Source of the DNA: an uncultured Alphaproteobacteria bacterium
GTDB lineage: Bacteria; Pseudomonadota; Alphaproteobacteria; ATCC43930; CGMCC-115725
Assembly: GCA_963731145.1 (NCBI GenBank)
Contig: CAVSUX010000008.1
Location: forward strand, 12,843 to 76,842
Length of the DNA: 64,000 bases
Reading direction: 5' to 3'
The position numbers were made by a program, and so were the translations under genes. Shown piece after piece: positions 56,643 to 64,000 of the stretch. Position 1 is the stretch's first letter; each line of letters begins with the position of its first letter. The notes under the pieces were generated by a model. The model saw only the letters and a program-made list of their open reading frames with translations, did no database searches and was not told the origin of the DNA.

Positions 56643-57469
56643 GGCATCACCGGCGTTGCCGCCTGAACGAGACCGCGCTCGCGTTTCAAAACTTCGCTCG
56701 CGAGATGAACATAGGCTTGCGCGCCCGGACAGCGGAAATCGTAGAGCAGCACCGGTTTGCCATGCGACGGCGCTTCGGAGATGCGCACATTGCGCGGAAT
56801 GACGGTGTCGTAGAGCTTGTCGCCGAAATGGCCGCGAACATCGGCGGCGACGAGATCGGAGAGATTGTTCCGCTTGTCGAACATGGTGAGCACGATCCCC
56901 TGGATCTCGAGCGCGGGATTCAAATGTCGCTTCACGCGCTCGATGGTCTTCACCAGATGCGAGAGACCTTCAAGCGCATAGAACTCGCATTGCAGCGGCA
57001 CGAGCACCGCATGCGAGGCGCAGAGCGCGTTGAGCGTCAGCAGACCGAGCGATGGCGGGCAATCGATCAGCACGTGATCGAAAGGCAGCGCGACATTTTT
57101 CAGCGCATCCGCCAGACGATATTCGCGGCGATCGAGCGCGACGAGCTCAAGCTCCGCGCCGGCGAGCTCGACGGAAGCCGGCACGACCGAAAGACGCGGC
57201 ACCGCCGTCGGCACGATCGCCGCGCCGAGCGGCTGCTCGCCGGCAAGCACTTGATAAGAGGTGATATTACGCGCCTGGCGCGGAATGCCGAGACCGGTCG
57301 AAGCATTGCCCTGCGGATCGAGATCGACCAGCAGCACATGCTCGCCGGCCGCAGCGAGCGCCGTCGCGAGATTGACCGCCGTCGTGGTCTTGCCAACCCC
57401 GCCTTTCTGATTGGCGATGGCAATGATCCGGACGGCACGCGGCCGCGGCGCGTTTTCGACCTCGCTCAT
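56639..57469 (-). CDS. parA: chromosome partitioning ATPase ParA
   Basis: Internal ATG at 57469 overlaps the rsmG stop. Deviant Walker A IANQKGGVGKTTT. Intact. Confidence 0.95.
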   Translation of the reverse strand: MSEVENAPRPRAVRIIAIANQKGGVGKTTTAVNLATALAAAGEHVLLVDLDPQGNASTGLGIPRQARNITSYQVLAGEQPLGAAIVPTAVPRLSVVPASVELAGAELELVALDRREYRLADALKNVALPFDHVLIDCPPSLGLLTLNALCASHAVLVPLQCEFYALEGLSHLVKTIERVKRHLNPALEIQGIVLTMFDKRNNLSDLVAADVRGHFGDKLYDTVIPRNVRISEAPSHGKPVLLYDFRCPGAQAYVHLASEVLKRERGLVQAATPVMP

Positions 57470-58122
57470 GACGCAGCCCGGCTGATGGCGGAGAGTTTCA
57501 AAATCGTGCCCGAGGGATCGGACAGGCTCGGAATCGTCTCGGCGGTCAGGTCCCAAGACTCCCGCGCCGCCTCGAGTTCCTCGCCCGCGCTTTCGCCTTT
57601 AAGGAACAGGCAGACACTCTTTAGAGATAGAAATTTCTCTGAATAATCAATGAGTTGATTGAGTGGCGCACAGGCTCGCGCGACCACAGCATCGGCCGGA
57701 AAAGCCACCGTCTTCTCGATCCGTTCGGGATGCAGCGCCACCGGCACATCCATGACCCGCGCCGCTTCGCGCAGAAAGGCCGATTTGCGCAAATCGGATT
57801 CGACGAGATGCATTTCCGGTATGCCCATCGCCGCGAGAACGAGGCCGGGGAGCCCCGCCCCTGCGCCGAGGTCGATCACGACCCGCGTCTGGCGCGGCAG
57901 ATATTTGGTAAGCTGCGCGCAATCGAGAATATGCCGGCGCCAGACATCGCCCATGGTGTTGGCGCTGACAAGATTGATGCGCCGGTTCCACTGGCCCAGC
58001 AGCTCGACATAGGCGGTGAGCTTCTCCAATGTTTCACGTGAAACGCCGCTGACCCGCGCGAAGCCGGTCGGACCCAGCGGCAGGCGTACCGGTCTGACAT
58101 TCGCGGCCATCGGCGCCGTCAC
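57466..58122 (-). CDS. rsmG: 16S rRNA (guanine527-N7)-methyltransferase RsmG
   Basis: Intact 218 aa with SAM motif [16 protein letters not shown]. It is overlap-coupled between mnmG and parA. Confidence 0.92.
   Translation of the reverse strand: MTAPMAANVRPVRLPLGPTGFARVSGVSRETLEKLTAYVELLGQWNRRINLVSANTMGDVWRRHILDCAQLTKYLPRQTRVVIDLGAGAGLPGLVLAAMGIPEMHLVESDLRKSAFLREAARVMDVPVALHPERIEKTVAFPADAVVARACAPLNQLIDYSEKFLSLKSVCLFLKGESAGEELEAARESWDLTAETIPSLSDPSGTILKLSAISRAAS
58030..58045. other. parS-like site (15/16 match) inside rsmG
   Basis: TGTTTCACGTGAAACG versus the consensus TGTTNCACGTGAAACA. Confidence 0.75.
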
Positions 58123-59978
58123 GCGGCTACCTCTCCGCGTTTGACATGACGGAGCAGCGCGACAAGCGCCGCGGGCGTCACGCCGGATATGCGCGACGCC
58201 GCGCCCAAATTAGCCGGGCGCGCGGTGCTGAGCTTCTGCCGGATCTCGGTCGAGAGGCTGCCGACCGCGCCGTAATCGAGATCGGGCGGCAGCATGAGCT
58301 CTTCGTCGCGGCGGAAAGCGTGAATCTCGGCTTCCTGACGGTCGAGATAGCCGGCATAACGGCCGTCGATCTCGAGCTGCTCGGCGATCACCGGGGAAAT
58401 CGCCCCGAGCTCTGGCCAGACCGCCGCGATCTGCGTCCAAGAAATATCCGGATGACGCAACAAATCGGCCGCCGAGCGGGAGACGCCATCGGCATTGACC
58501 ATGAGTCCGTGATTCCGGCGCTGCTGCGGCGTCAGCCGCAATGCCCGAATCTGCGCCCGCGCCTCGGACAAATCGTTGGATTTCTTGGCGAAAGCCGCCT
58601 GCCGGGCGTCGCTGATACAGCCCAGGGCCACGCCGCGTGGGGTCAGTCGCTGATCGGCATTATCGGCGCGCAACACCAGCCGGTATTCCGCCCGCGAGGT
58701 GAACATGCGGTACGGTTCTTCTGTTCCACGTGAAACAAGATCGTCGATCAGCACCCCGATATAGGAGCTGGCGCGGTCGAGCACGAATTCGCCGCCTTGG
58801 CCGGCACGCAGCGCGGCGTTAAGCCCGGCGATCAACCCCTGCGCCGCCGCCTCCTCATAGCCGGTCGTGCCATTGATCTGGCCGGCGAAAAACAGGCCCG
58901 GCACCCGTTTGGTCTCGAGGCTCGGCCGCAGTTCGCGCGGATCGACGAAATCATATTCGATCGCGTAGCCCGGCCGCTTGATCGCGGCATGTTCGAGACC
59001 CGGTATCGTCGCGATGAGCGCTGCCTGAGCATCGCGCGGCAGCGAGGTCGAAATTCCGTTCGGGTAAATCGTGTCGTCGTCGAGACCTTCCGGCTCGAGG
59101 AAGATCTGATGCCGCTCGCGGGCGGCAAACCGCACGACCTTGTCTTCGATCGAGGGGCAATAGCGTGGGCCGGTGCCCTCGATCTGGCCCGAATACATCG
59201 GCGCCCGATGCAGATTGGCGCGAATGATGGCGTGCGTCTCGGGCCGGGTCTCGGTGATGTGGCAGACCGTTTGCGGTGTCGTGATTGCCTTGGTTAGAAA
59301 AGAAAACGCCACCGGCGGGTCGTCGCCGTGTTGGACCCGAAGCCCGGCCCAGTCGATGGTCTTGCCGTCGAGCCGCGGCGGGGTGCCGGTTTTCAGCCGC
59401 CCGAGGCGGAATTGCAGCCGCGCCAATGTCTCGGCGAGGCCGACCGAAGGTGCTTCGCCGACGCGGCCGGCGGCGATCTTCTCCTCGCCGATGTGAATGA
59501 GACCGCGCAGAAAGGTCCCGGCGGTCAGGACGACCGCGCCGGCCAGCAACTCTTCGCCCGAGGCCAGGACAACGCCCCTCACCCGGCCGCTATCGTCGAG
59601 GCGCAAATCTTCGGCCGAGCCCTCGCAAATTTCGAGATTCGGCTGGTCGGCAAGCAGCGCCTGCATCGCCTGGCGATAGAGTTTGCGATCGGCCTGCGCT
59701 CGCGGCCCGCGAACCGCTGGGCCTTTGCTGCGGTTGAGCAGCCGAAACTGGATGCCGGCACGATCGGCGGCGCGGCCGATCACGCCGTCGAGCGCGTCGA
59801 TTTCGCGGACCAGGTGACCCTTCGCGAGCCCGCCAATCGCGGGATTGCAGGACATTTCGCCGATCGTTGCGCGGTTCTGGGTCAGCAACAGCGTCTTGGC
59901 GCCGAGCCGCGCGGAAGCGGCCGCCGCCTCGCAGCCGGCATGGCCGCCGCCGATCACGATCACGTCCCAAGGAAGCAT
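58119..59978 (-). CDS. mnmG: tRNA uridine 5-carboxymethylaminomethyl modification enzyme MnmG (GidA)
   Basis: Intact 619 aa with FAD fingerprint [15 protein letters not shown] and conserved GidA body. Confidence 0.97.
   Translation of the reverse strand: MLPWDVIVIGGGHAGCEAAAASARLGAKTLLLTQNRATIGEMSCNPAIGGLAKGHLVREIDALDGVIGRAADRAGIQFRLLNRSKGPAVRGPRAQADRKLYRQAMQALLADQPNLEICEGSAEDLRLDDSGRVRGVVLASGEELLAGAVVLTAGTFLRGLIHIGEEKIAAGRVGEAPSVGLAETLARLQFRLGRLKTGTPPRLDGKTIDWAGLRVQHGDDPPVAFSFLTKAITTPQTVCHITETRPETHAIIRANLHRAPMYSGQIEGTGPRYCPSIEDKVVRFAARERHQIFLEPEGLDDDTIYPNGISTSLPRDAQAALIATIPGLEHAAIKRPGYAIEYDFVDPRELRPSLETKRVPGLFFAGQINGTTGYEEAAAQGLIAGLNAALRAGQGGEFVLDRASSYIGVLIDDLVSRGTEEPYRMFTSRAEYRLVLRADNADQRLTPRGVALGCISDARQAAFAKKSNDLSEARAQIRALRLTPQQRRNHGLMVNADGVSRSAADLLRHPDISWTQIAAVWPELGAISPVIAEQLEIDGRYAGYLDRQEAEIHAFRRDEELMLPPDLDYGAVGSLSTEIRQKLSTARPANLGAASRISGVTPAALVALLRHVKRGEVAA
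58722..58737. other. parS site inside mnmG
   Basis: TGTTCCACGTGAAACA matches TGTTNCACGTGAAACA at all specified positions. Confidence 0.8.
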
Positions 59979-60024
59979 GTGTTCACTCTATTGACGGCCC
60001 GCGAGGGTGTAAAGCGAGCCGCCA

Positions 60025-60040
60025 TGTTTCACGTGAAACA
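60025..60040. other. perfect palindromic parS site in the mnmG-mnmE spacer
   Basis: TGTTTCACGTGAAACA, a full 16-bp palindrome, 47 nt upstream of the mnmG start. Confidence 0.85.
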
Positions 60041-60351
60041 GCACCACACGCGATACGCGCAGACGCACCCGCCAGGGGGGAATTTCTTGGTGGTTATTCG
60101 GCCTTAAGTATTTCTTAAGAATAGGCCCCAGTAATTCCTCACAAATTTTCCCTGCTTCTTCTCCGATTCAGCCACAAGATGTAGCGCGGCACGACCGATT
60201 CGTGCCCGGGACGTTCCCGGAACGGCCACTAAATGAAGTGGTGAAGGAGAGGTCTGTTCCCGATTTACCCCTTATGCCCCAACTCGGCCACAATTAGGCC
60301 TCCGATCGGCCGTGATTCGCGCCGTGGCGATGCCAAATCGAGCCGCCCTGC

Positions 60352-61686
60352 TCATTTGCCGATACAGAACTCGCGGAAGAGCGCGTCCAGCATGTCTTCG
60401 ACATCGACGCGGCCTGTGATGCGGCCGAGTGCGCGTGCTGCCGCCCGCAAATCCTCGGCGGCGAGTTCGGGTAGCCCTGCCCCCGCGAATCGGTCGAGCG
60501 CGGCAACGCAATTCTCGAGCGCTTCGCGATGGCGCGTGCGCGTCACCAGCGGCGCCGTCTCTGCATTGAGCGCTTCCTCGACCGCAGCACCGAGTCGCGC
60601 GATGAGCACCGCGATGCCCGCACCGCTGATTGCCGAGCAATACAGCGCGATCCCGGCACCGAGCGAATCGGCCCATGCCATAGGGGTTTCTTGCATTAGG
60701 TCGATCTTGTTCACGACGACGATCGTGCGTGCATCGATGAGATCGCGTAATGCCGCTGACCCTTCCGGCTTTGTCGCATCGAGTACGACGATCTTCAGAT
60801 CGGCGCTTGCGGCGCGGGCGCGGGCGCGGCGGATGCCCTCTTCCTCAATGCTATCGGTGCTGTCGTGCAGCCCCGCCGTATCGGCGAGCACGACGGGATA
60901 GCCGCCGAGATCGAGCGCGACCTCGATCACATCGCGCGTCGTGCCGGCGATATGCGAGGTGATCGCTACTTCGCGCCGCGCCAAGGCATTCATCAGACTC
61001 GATTTGCCGGCATTCGGCGGGCCCAAAATCGCGACCGCCACGCCTTCGCGCAACCGCTCGCCGCGGTGGTTATCGGCCAGCTCGGCCGCGATCTCAGCGC
61101 GCAACGCCGCCAATTCTCGACGCACGGCAGCCCATTGCTCGGCGGGCAGACCTTCTTCGGGAAAGTCGATCTCGGCTTCGAGGCGCGCCTGGGCCGCGAT
61201 CAACCGCGTGCGCCAACCTTCGCAGCGCCGGCCGAACTCGCCTTGAAGCTGACGCATCGCCTGGCGCCGCTGCGCCGAAGTCTCGGCCTCGACCAGATCG
61301 GCAATCGCCTCGGCCGCGGTGAGATCGAGCTTACCGTTGAGAAAAGCGCGTTTTGTGAACTCGCCTGGCTCCGCCAGGCGAAACCCCGCGCGTTGGGCGA
61401 GCGCCGAGAACACCGCCGCGAGCACAGCGCGGCTGCCATGAAGCTGCAGCTCAACGACATCCTCGCCGGTCATGCTGGCTGGTGCCGCAAAGTAGAGCGC
61501 GATGCCGCGATCAAGAAGCTCGCCGCTTTGCGGGTCGCGGAACCGCGCATGTTGTGCATGGCGTGGCGGCGGCAGGCTGCCGGCAAGATCGCGCAGCGCC
61601 GCTGCGGCGCCGGGGCCGGACAGCCGCACCATCGCGACGCCGGCACGGCCCGGCGCGGTCGCGAGTGCATAGATCGTATCGGTCAT
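60352..61686 (-). CDS. mnmE: tRNA modification GTPase MnmE (TrmE)
   Basis: Internal ATG at 61686. N-terminus DTIYALATAPGRAGVAMVRLSG, G1 motif GPPNAGKSS, C-terminal CIGK*. Confidence 0.95.
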   Translation of the reverse strand: MTDTIYALATAPGRAGVAMVRLSGPGAAAALRDLAGSLPPPRHAQHARFRDPQSGELLDRGIALYFAAPASMTGEDVVELQLHGSRAVLAAVFSALAQRAGFRLAEPGEFTKRAFLNGKLDLTAAEAIADLVEAETSAQRRQAMRQLQGEFGRRCEGWRTRLIAAQARLEAEIDFPEEGLPAEQWAAVRRELAALRAEIAAELADNHRGERLREGVAVAILGPPNAGKSSLMNALARREVAITSHIAGTTRDVIEVALDLGGYPVVLADTAGLHDSTDSIEEEGIRRARARAASADLKIVVLDATKPEGSAALRDLIDARTIVVVNKIDLMQETPMAWADSLGAGIALYCSAISGAGIAVLIARLGAAVEEALNAETAPLVTRTRHREALENCVAALDRFAGAGLPELAAEDLRAAARALGRITGRVDVEDMLDALFREFCIGK

Positions 61687-62108
61687 CGCAGCGAAAATAG
61701 CGAAGCCCGGGCGCGGCGCCACCGCCCTTGAGCGTGATTCGGAATTCCGCACGTTCGAAGGAAGATGGACCCGACGGATCGCACGTCGACGCGTTGTCGA
61801 AGAAGCCGGCAGTAGGGTGATACCGCGCCTTTGGCGAAGGTCCGCTGCGCTCCAAGGAAATCAACGCACAGCGGCAATGACGATGCGTCCTTCCGCAACG
61901 CAACAACGGCCGTATTGCGCACCGTCCGGCGCTGCGCCGTATCGTTTCACCCGCGGCACGCTTGGCTTTTCGTGCGATCGCGGAAGAACCCGCGACAGTA
62001 TCCTCGAAGCGCGTGGAAATACCGTTAAGACACGAAAAATACTCGGAACCGGTGGTTGCTTGATTTAGATCAAGGCAATTTGACTCCAACCGCGGCATAG
62101 CCTCATGG

Positions 62109-62312
62109 ATGGACGAGCAACACCTTCAGCAAATGATGGAGGTCATGCTGGCGTGTCACGGCGCAGAGGCAGAAAGCGCCGCACGTAAGCGTGCCAATCG
62201 CTGCCTTCGCCGCAAGGAGCCCGAATGGGCGGCTCTGTGGCGCGAGGTTGCCGATCGCATTGCTCGTGGCCAGCGCCGCTCTCCGACGCGCAATCCCAGC
62301 GCCGAAGACTAA
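62109..62312 (+). CDS. hypothetical small protein (67 aa)
   Basis: ATG-initiated ORF with helical-looking, non-repetitive composition in an otherwise empty 700-bp interval. No family recognised. Confidence 0.3.
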   Translation: MDEQHLQQMMEVMLACHGAEAESAARKRANRCLRRKEPEWAALWREVADRIARGQRRSPTRNPSAED

Positions 62313-62400
62313 GCCTTATCGTGCTTTCCCTCGGGTAGATCGCTTCGAGCGGCCGGCGTAAGATCGCGAGCCGTACGCCGGGGCTTGGCGTTGGCTGCGC

Positions 62401-63438
62401 ATGAAAAAGATAAAACGCGCTCGGGAGGGTTCGATGAACGGCACGGCTTTCAAACTCGCCATGTATGCGGGCAATCCAGGGGGTCATTTCGCTGCGATTG
62501 TCCTCGGCGACACGGCCTTTGATATCGCGACGGTCTATCCGGCCTATCGCCAATCGCCGCGCGGCAAGACCGGCCCGCTCACCGCCATCGACAGCCTTCA
62601 GGCCATGCTCGAAGGCTGGGATCACAATTTCCCGGTGCTGCAGGAAATGGTCGCTTTCATCGAGCAGGAAAGCACGGACAGCGCGCGCTTCACCCACGAC
62701 CGCGCCAAGCTCAATTCGCTCCGCGTCCTGCCGCCGATCGCCCGTCCCGGCAAGATTTTCAACGCGGCGCAGAATTTCCAAGAGCATGTCGATGAGATGT
62801 TGCGCGCCGGGATGACGCCCGCCGGCGGCCCGCAATTCACCGGCGCCAAAACGACCTCGCATCCCTATCTCTTTTTCAAGGCGCCGAGCGCGCTCTGCGG
62901 CGCTTACGACGACATCGCGATCCCGCGCGGCATGGCGAAGATCGACTGGGAGGCGGAGATCGCCTGCGCGATCTGGAAACCGGCCAAGCGCGTCAAAGCG
63001 GAAAGGGCGCTCGAGCATATCGCCGGCTTCATGACGACGAACGACGTCTCCTGCCGCGATATCCAGATCCGGCCTGACCGGCCGGGGCTGCGCTCCGACT
63101 GGTTCGGCGGCAAGAGCCACGACAATTTCGCGCCGACCGGGCCGTTCTTCACGCCGGCCGCCTTCGTCCGCGACCATATGAAGCTCTTCATCCGCCTGAC
63201 GGTGAACGGCGCGGTGAAGCAGAACGGCAATACCTCGCAATTCATCTACACGCCGGAAGAGCAGATCGCATACGCCTCGAACATCATCGCGCTCGAGCCG
63301 GGCGATATGTTCGTTTGCGGCACCTGCGGCGGCGTCGGGCAGGGCACGAACACGTTCCTGAAAGTCGGCGATGTGATGGAGACCGAGGTCGAGGGCCTCG
63401 GCAAGATGCGCAATCGCTTCATCGAGGATCGCGCTTAG
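62401..63438 (+). CDS. fumarylacetoacetate hydrolase (FAH) family protein
   Basis: Intact 345-aa ORF (alternative start 62434). FAH-fold motifs (KIDWEAEIACAI, TTNDVSCRD, PGDMFVCGT). Confidence 0.88.
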   Translation: MKKIKRAREGSMNGTAFKLAMYAGNPGGHFAAIVLGDTAFDIATVYPAYRQSPRGKTGPLTAIDSLQAMLEGWDHNFPVLQEMVAFIEQESTDSARFTHDRAKLNSLRVLPPIARPGKIFNAAQNFQEHVDEMLRAGMTPAGGPQFTGAKTTSHPYLFFKAPSALCGAYDDIAIPRGMAKIDWEAEIACAIWKPAKRVKAERALEHIAGFMTTNDVSCRDIQIRPDRPGLRSDWFGGKSHDNFAPTGPFFTPAAFVRDHMKLFIRLTVNGAVKQNGNTSQFIYTPEEQIAYASNIIALEPGDMFVCGTCGGVGQGTNTFLKVGDVMETEVEGLGKMRNRFIEDRA

Positions 63439-63447
63439 CCGACCCAA

Positions 63448-64000
63448 ATGGCCACAGGAGTCAGCATGCTCTCGGCGCAGGACAATGATCTGATTTGCCA
63501 AGTCGGGCCTGGCACGCCGATGGGCGAGCTGATGCGGCGCTATTGGATGCCGGCGCTGTTGTCGCGCGAGCTCCATGCCGACGGCGATCCGTTGCGTCTT
63601 ATGCTGTTGGGCGAGGCGCTGGTTGCCTTTCGCGACAGCAGCGGCGCGGTCGGCATCATCGATCATGAATGCCCGCATCGCTGCGCCTCGCTGTTCTACG
63701 GCCGCAACGAAGAGGGTGGGCTGCGCTGCCTCTATCACGGCTGGAAATTCGCCGCTGACGGCCGGTGCCTCGACATGCCGAACGTGCCGTCGCATCTCGA
63801 CTTCAGGGACAAGATCCGCATCACGGCCTATCCCGTCGCAGAGCGCGGCGGCGTGATCTGGACCTATATGGGCCCTCTCAATGGGAAGATGGGCGATGCC
63901 AAGACCGGCGCGGTGCCGCCGCTGCCCGATATCCTCGCCAATCTTCTGCCCGACGCTCAGGTCGATTTCACGCTGTTCCAGCGCGAATGCAATTGGCTGC
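63448..64000 (+). CDS. Rieske [2Fe-2S] aromatic-ring-hydroxylating oxygenase alpha subunit, 5' part (runs off the window)
   Basis: Open frame from ATG 63448 to the window end. It is absent from the ORF track because it has no stop. Rieske motif CPHRCASLFYGRNEEGGLRCLYHGWKF. Confidence 0.85.
   Translation, partial: MATGVSMLSAQDNDLICQVGPGTPMGELMRRYWMPALLSRELHADGDPLRLMLLGEALVAFRDSSGAVGIIDHECPHRCASLFYGRNEEGGLRCLYHGWKFAADGRCLDMPNVPSHLDFRDKIRITAYPVAERGGVIWTYMGPLNGKMGDAKTGAVPPLPDILANLLPDAQVDFTLFQRECNWL

Noticed and set aside
59979-60351. The mnmG-mnmE spacer as the replication origin.
   Set aside because: It is AT-richer and carries a perfect parS, but I could not find a cluster of DnaA-box-like 9-mers. 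Promoter plus centromere is sufficient explanation.
61511-62098. 195-aa minus-strand ORF upstream of mnmE, in the position where rho might be expected.
   Set aside because: It has no Rho motifs (RNA-binding or Walker motifs), its composition is not protein-like, and it overlaps the mnmE start region.
62143-63795. 550-aa ORF on the minus strand. Similar long antisense ORFs occur at 51519-52862, 27200-29251, 42245-43492, 32368-33627, 24975-25982, 26054-27154, 56390-57646, 29836-30960 and 58146-58733.
   Set aside because: Each lies exactly antisense to a gene with clear motifs. They are Arg/Ala/Gly/Asp-rich with no recognisable domains, which is typical of shadow ORFs in high-GC DNA where stop codons are rare.

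Overview
High-GC alphaproteobacterial chromosome segment. Gene order (leuS-lptE-holA convergent with parB-parA-rsmG-mnmG-mnmE) and the repeat content look like Hyphomicrobiales/Rhizobiales. I count about 65 protein genes, one tRNA-Gly(GCC), one fluoride riboswitch, three parS sites and several REP/MITE-like palindromic repeats.

Content is mostly core housekeeping:
- phoR-pstCAB-phoU-phoB, a PBP1A, rpoH, xthA, ftsK-lolA and amtB
- a UbiH-type hydroxylase, a YbbN/LON-domain/Trm112 group, crcB, a TonB-like protein and yggS
- leuS-lptE-holA and parBA-rsmG-mnmG-mnmE

I saw no CRISPR array, transposase, integrase, phage genes or recognisable defence system.

The dominant feature is technical. About two thirds of the genes, including essential ones (leuS, ftsK, rpoH, holA), are broken by frame switches, with the homologous protein sequence continuing immediately in another frame. 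I count roughly 90-110 switches by eye. They are unevenly distributed, and the last 8 kb is clean apart from one switch at an A6 run at its 5' edge (parB 3' end). This looks like consensus indel error rather than biology, so disrupted genes are listed as pseudogenes as sequenced.

The most interesting biology, in order:
1. An uncharacterised divergent cluster at 12.5-18.5 kb: CDP-alcohol phosphatidyltransferase and GTP cyclohydrolase II on one strand; RibD-C-type reductase, Zn-dehydrogenase, PTPS-fold protein, glycosyltransferase and methyltransferase on the other.
2. An ECF sigma / zinc anti-sigma pair divergent from a cupredoxin and Tat-metallophosphoesterase operon, with the same promoter-like motif on both strands.
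3. A structured C-rich RNA candidate with tandem terminators upstream of a Rieske oxygenase.
4. An orphan miniature flagellar-rod-like gene.

All product calls rest on motifs recognised by eye. No database search was run.
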